Shown: positions 61,019 to 64,000 of the stretch, one piece after another
Position numbering within the stretch: the first letter of the stretch is position 1
Layout of the letters: every line of letters starts with the position of its first letter
Source of the DNA: Podarcis bocagei
Lineage: Eukaryota
Reading direction: 5' to 3' (one strand)
Length of the DNA stretch: 64,000 nucleotides
Assembly (NCBI GenBank): GCA_964188305.1
Contig: OZ076901.1
The notes under the pieces: model-generated
What the model saw: only the letters and a program-made list of their open reading frames with translations
Told to the model about the DNA's origin: nothing
The model's database searches: none
Made by a program: the position numbers and the translations under genes

Positions 61019-61460
61019 GGTCGCTTCCCGGGGAGGTCGCCGGCTCGGGGGCAGGCAAGTGGCATCGCTTCCCCCTGCCCCCCTAACGACTCAGGCAGGC
61101 GGGCAGGCGCGCCAAGACATGCAAAGGGCTAGAGCATCTCTGCCGCCGCTGCCGCCAGAGCAGGTGCGCTGGCTGCTTCAGTGGCTGCTGACAATGGAGG
61201 GGAGGGGAAGGAAGGAAGGAAGGAAGGAAGGAGGAGGAGGAGGAGGAGGAGGAGGAGGAGGAGGAGGAGGAGGGAGAGAGACTCCACCTCTCTCCGATAG
61301 AAGCCAGAGGAGGCTCTGCCATGCCAGGGGACTCCCTGACAGCCAAGCACAGAAAATGGAGTCCCTTACAGCAGGGTTCTGGGCTCGGCAACCCTTGCCC
61401 GCCCCCTTTGTCCTGGGACTACAGGGGCGGAAAGGAAAGGGGCCAAGAGGCATGTGCTGG
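60980..61460. promoter_or_regulatory. Small CpG-rich region, probable promoter/5'UTR of the MTMR4 first coding exon
   Basis: CpG cluster at 61000-61170 and purine microsatellite upstream of the ATG. Confidence 0.55.
61206..61272. repeat. (GGAA)n(GGA)n compound purine microsatellite
   Basis: Directly visible upstream of the MTMR4 first coding exon. Confidence 0.95.
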
Positions 61461-63029
61461 AATGCACAGGGAACAATAGCAGCAGCGGCAGTGGCAGCCT
61501 GGCTTTGTGTGTTCCGGCAGGAGAAAGACCCGGCCAGGATTCCGCTCGGAGCTCACGTCCAGTCCATGCAGGACAGCCAAGCAGCAGGAGAGCAGAAAAG
61601 GGGCATGCCGCTGCTGTGCCTGCCAGTTCTGCTGCACGGCTACCCGGGGCCTGCAGTCTCCTCTGGCTAGGATCCAAAGACTACATGGTTGACATCTCAG
61701 GAAGACGCACACCCCGCAGTAAGGCACAACAACACAAGAGACTCAGGCCAAAGCAAGGAAAGGAGGGAGTGTGCTTAGACCTCGCTCTGGCCCCAAAGGA
61801 GCTGCCTCCTTCAGCACCCAAGGGAGGCTGGGCAACAAAGTCAGCTCAAAATGGGTGGGGGAATTCCCCAGATATCACTGCACTGATTGCATGAGAAGAG
61901 GGGTTCTCTGGACAGGTGGTGGAAGCTGAGGGGTGCCCAAGCCCGACCTCTTATGCAAGACTACAAGGGGAGTCTTGTTTTGTCACAAGCTAGGGGGGAA
62001 ACCAGTAGCTTTTGTGGGGGTGAGAGCACAAGAGAGAGAGCAAGCGGGGTGTAGAGGTTCGAGTGTTGGATTAGGACCTGGGAGATCAGGGTTCAAATTC
62101 CCACGCAGCCATGAAGCTCAATGGGGGTGACCTGCCACTCAGCCTAACCAACCTCACAGGGTTGTTATGGAGATTAAATGGGGAGGGGGGAAATCAAGTA
62201 AGCCACCTTGAGCTCCACGGAGAAAACGGTAGGATAAAAATGCAATGATAAATAAAACAAACAAATAATTGCTCCCTTAATCTATGAACCTTGCCAGGGG
62301 GTGGGGGTGGGATTTCTGAACTAACAAAGCCACATTCTGTGAGAGGGTGACAAACCACCTTAAGCTCCTCAGTCAGGAGTAGATGCCCCTCCCATTTCTG
62401 GAGAACAACATGCTATACCATCCTCTTCTTAAATTTATTGGGACCATGAGCCCTCAGCACACACTGTCAGCAATCAAGTAGGTTATAACTACAAAACATC
62501 TAAAAATAGCCCAAATAAAGGAAAAAAGCCAGGCAAAATATAACACTTTTTAAACCCCACCTATTCAAAGATTAACTCTGCCCAAACGGAAAAGCACCAC
62601 AATTCTTCTGCATGGGGCAATCTGGGGGACAGGGATTCTATTGCAGCCTACCTTAGCGGCAATCGGTTAAATGCTGAATAATGGTAGAACTTGGGCAGAA
62701 GATCAAGATGTTGCTAAGCAGCCTGAGTCCTCCGCTGACATAACTAGAGGACTATGTTGGTTCTGCCTTGTTGTTTCCTCTCAGGTCCCCTGCTAGATCA
62801 GGCATTGGGAATTAGGGTCCTGCTCCAGCACGAAGCAACGCAAGCCTAGTGCTGAGGACAAATCTAGGTGTTATGCAACAGTCCTATTCGCAGCTCTCTG
62901 CTTGCCTCTTTCAAGGTGGGAGTGGGGCATATATATGCAGGGGAAATGGGCTACTGGAAAAGGGAATCTCCTCTAAGAACTGGAGAAGCACCTATCCGCT
63001 GGAGATGCTTCAGGGTATCCCCAAGAGTT

Positions 63030-63430
63030 AGTTATCCAGCCTTTCCTTGAAGGCCTCCAACAAGGGAGAGAGCCCACCACTCCTCAAGCTGTTCTTACCA
63101 GGACAAATGCTTGTCCTCTTCTGTGGGACAGCCATTCAGGGGGTTGAAAATTATACTCAAGTTCCCTCCTCTGCCTGCCCTCCTCCAGGCTGAACATTCC
63201 CAGTCACTTCAATCTTTTCCCCATCAGACTTATTTTGCATGCCAGTGACCTTCTTTCTTGCCCTCCTCTGAAGCGGTTCCAATTTGTCTCATGCGAACTC
63301 TTACCAGCCTACTGGCTCTCTCTGCAAACACTCCCACCCCCCAACTGCTTTTATTTCAGGTCCTGGAGCCTTGCCAGAGTGCGGGAGGAACTGACTGGGA
63401 AGGGGGTGGTACTGGCCTGGGATCACAGCT
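63030..63430 (-). mobile_element. CR1 LINE fragment
   Basis: CCAGGCTGAACATTCCCAG...TCAATCTTTTCCCCAT reverse CR1 ORF2 motifs, degenerate. Confidence 0.6.
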
Positions 63431-64000
63431 GGGCCCAGGAAAGGTGAGGCTTCTATAAAACATCTCCGGGAACTTTAGGAACGTAAGGTAGACATGCCGT
63501 TTCACCTCAATTCACGTTTTACCTCACTAAAGAACCCTAGACAGTGGCTTCCTGCTTGAGGTGCCTGGATTGCTGTAAGCCGCCTTACAAAGAATCATAA
63601 TACCATCACAATTTAAAGCAACAACAAGTCAAAGCACAATAGAAAAAGAGCTCCCTCATGTCAGAGGTAACCGGGGCTTGTGCCTAGCAGTTGTTCAAAT
63701 GTAATGAAAGTGAAAGCTATCCAGCCAAATACAGATGAAGGCCATTTCATTAAGGTTCTATCAAAACACACCCATACTTCTAATATGACCCTCCACTAGA
63801 CAACAGCTAGCCTACATTGTCACCGGGGGCAGCAGGGGCGGGATGTCACATACGTGTGCAGATGCCACTTCTAGTGTGCTTCTTCTAGCTCCTCTACAGC
63901 TAGAAGAGATCAATTCACTTGTCCTCACCACCTGCAGCCATCTCCACTCACCTGTGGCTCACAGAGGCCTTGAGGCAGGGGTTGCTCCCAGCTTGGCTAC

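Noticed and set aside
60981-61894. 229-aa and neighbouring ORFs with poly-Gly/Ser/Leu/Pro
   Set aside because: Produced by the GGA microsatellite and GC richness
62300-64000. Expected next syntenic gene (SEPTIN4) or further MTMR4 upstream exons
   Set aside because: No recognisable coding exon in this stretch

Overview
Vertebrate genomic DNA from a squamate reptile, most likely a lacertid lizard, judged from a full-length Sauria SINE and other squamate SINE, CR1, L2, BovB and MITE families. Three tandem minus-strand genes lie in the same order as human 17q22. (1) RNF43 5' end: first coding exon 9160-8924; the rest of the gene is left of the window. (2) Complete HSF5: 6 coding exons, 27515-14034, 2040 nt, 679 aa. 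(3) Complete MTMR4 CDS: 18 coding exons, 61018-31767, 3486 nt, 1161 aa. All exons were joined by hand with GT-AG boundaries and consistent phases. Most short six-frame ORFs are noise. No CRISPR, rRNA, true tRNA or autonomous element is seen, and I cannot support a wholly new biological system. Best second-look candidates: uORFs in front of all three genes (two with an AUGA stop/start overlap, one a 49-aa MGNCLS...R7 microprotein); an exon-like, RFX-box, CpG-retaining block in MTMR4 intron 10; an E2F/E-box/MYB germline-type promoter at HSF5; low-complexity expansions inside the HSF5 DNA-binding domain; and nested transposons. Repeat boundaries are approximate unless a TSD is given. Comparisons with human sequences are from memory, not alignment.
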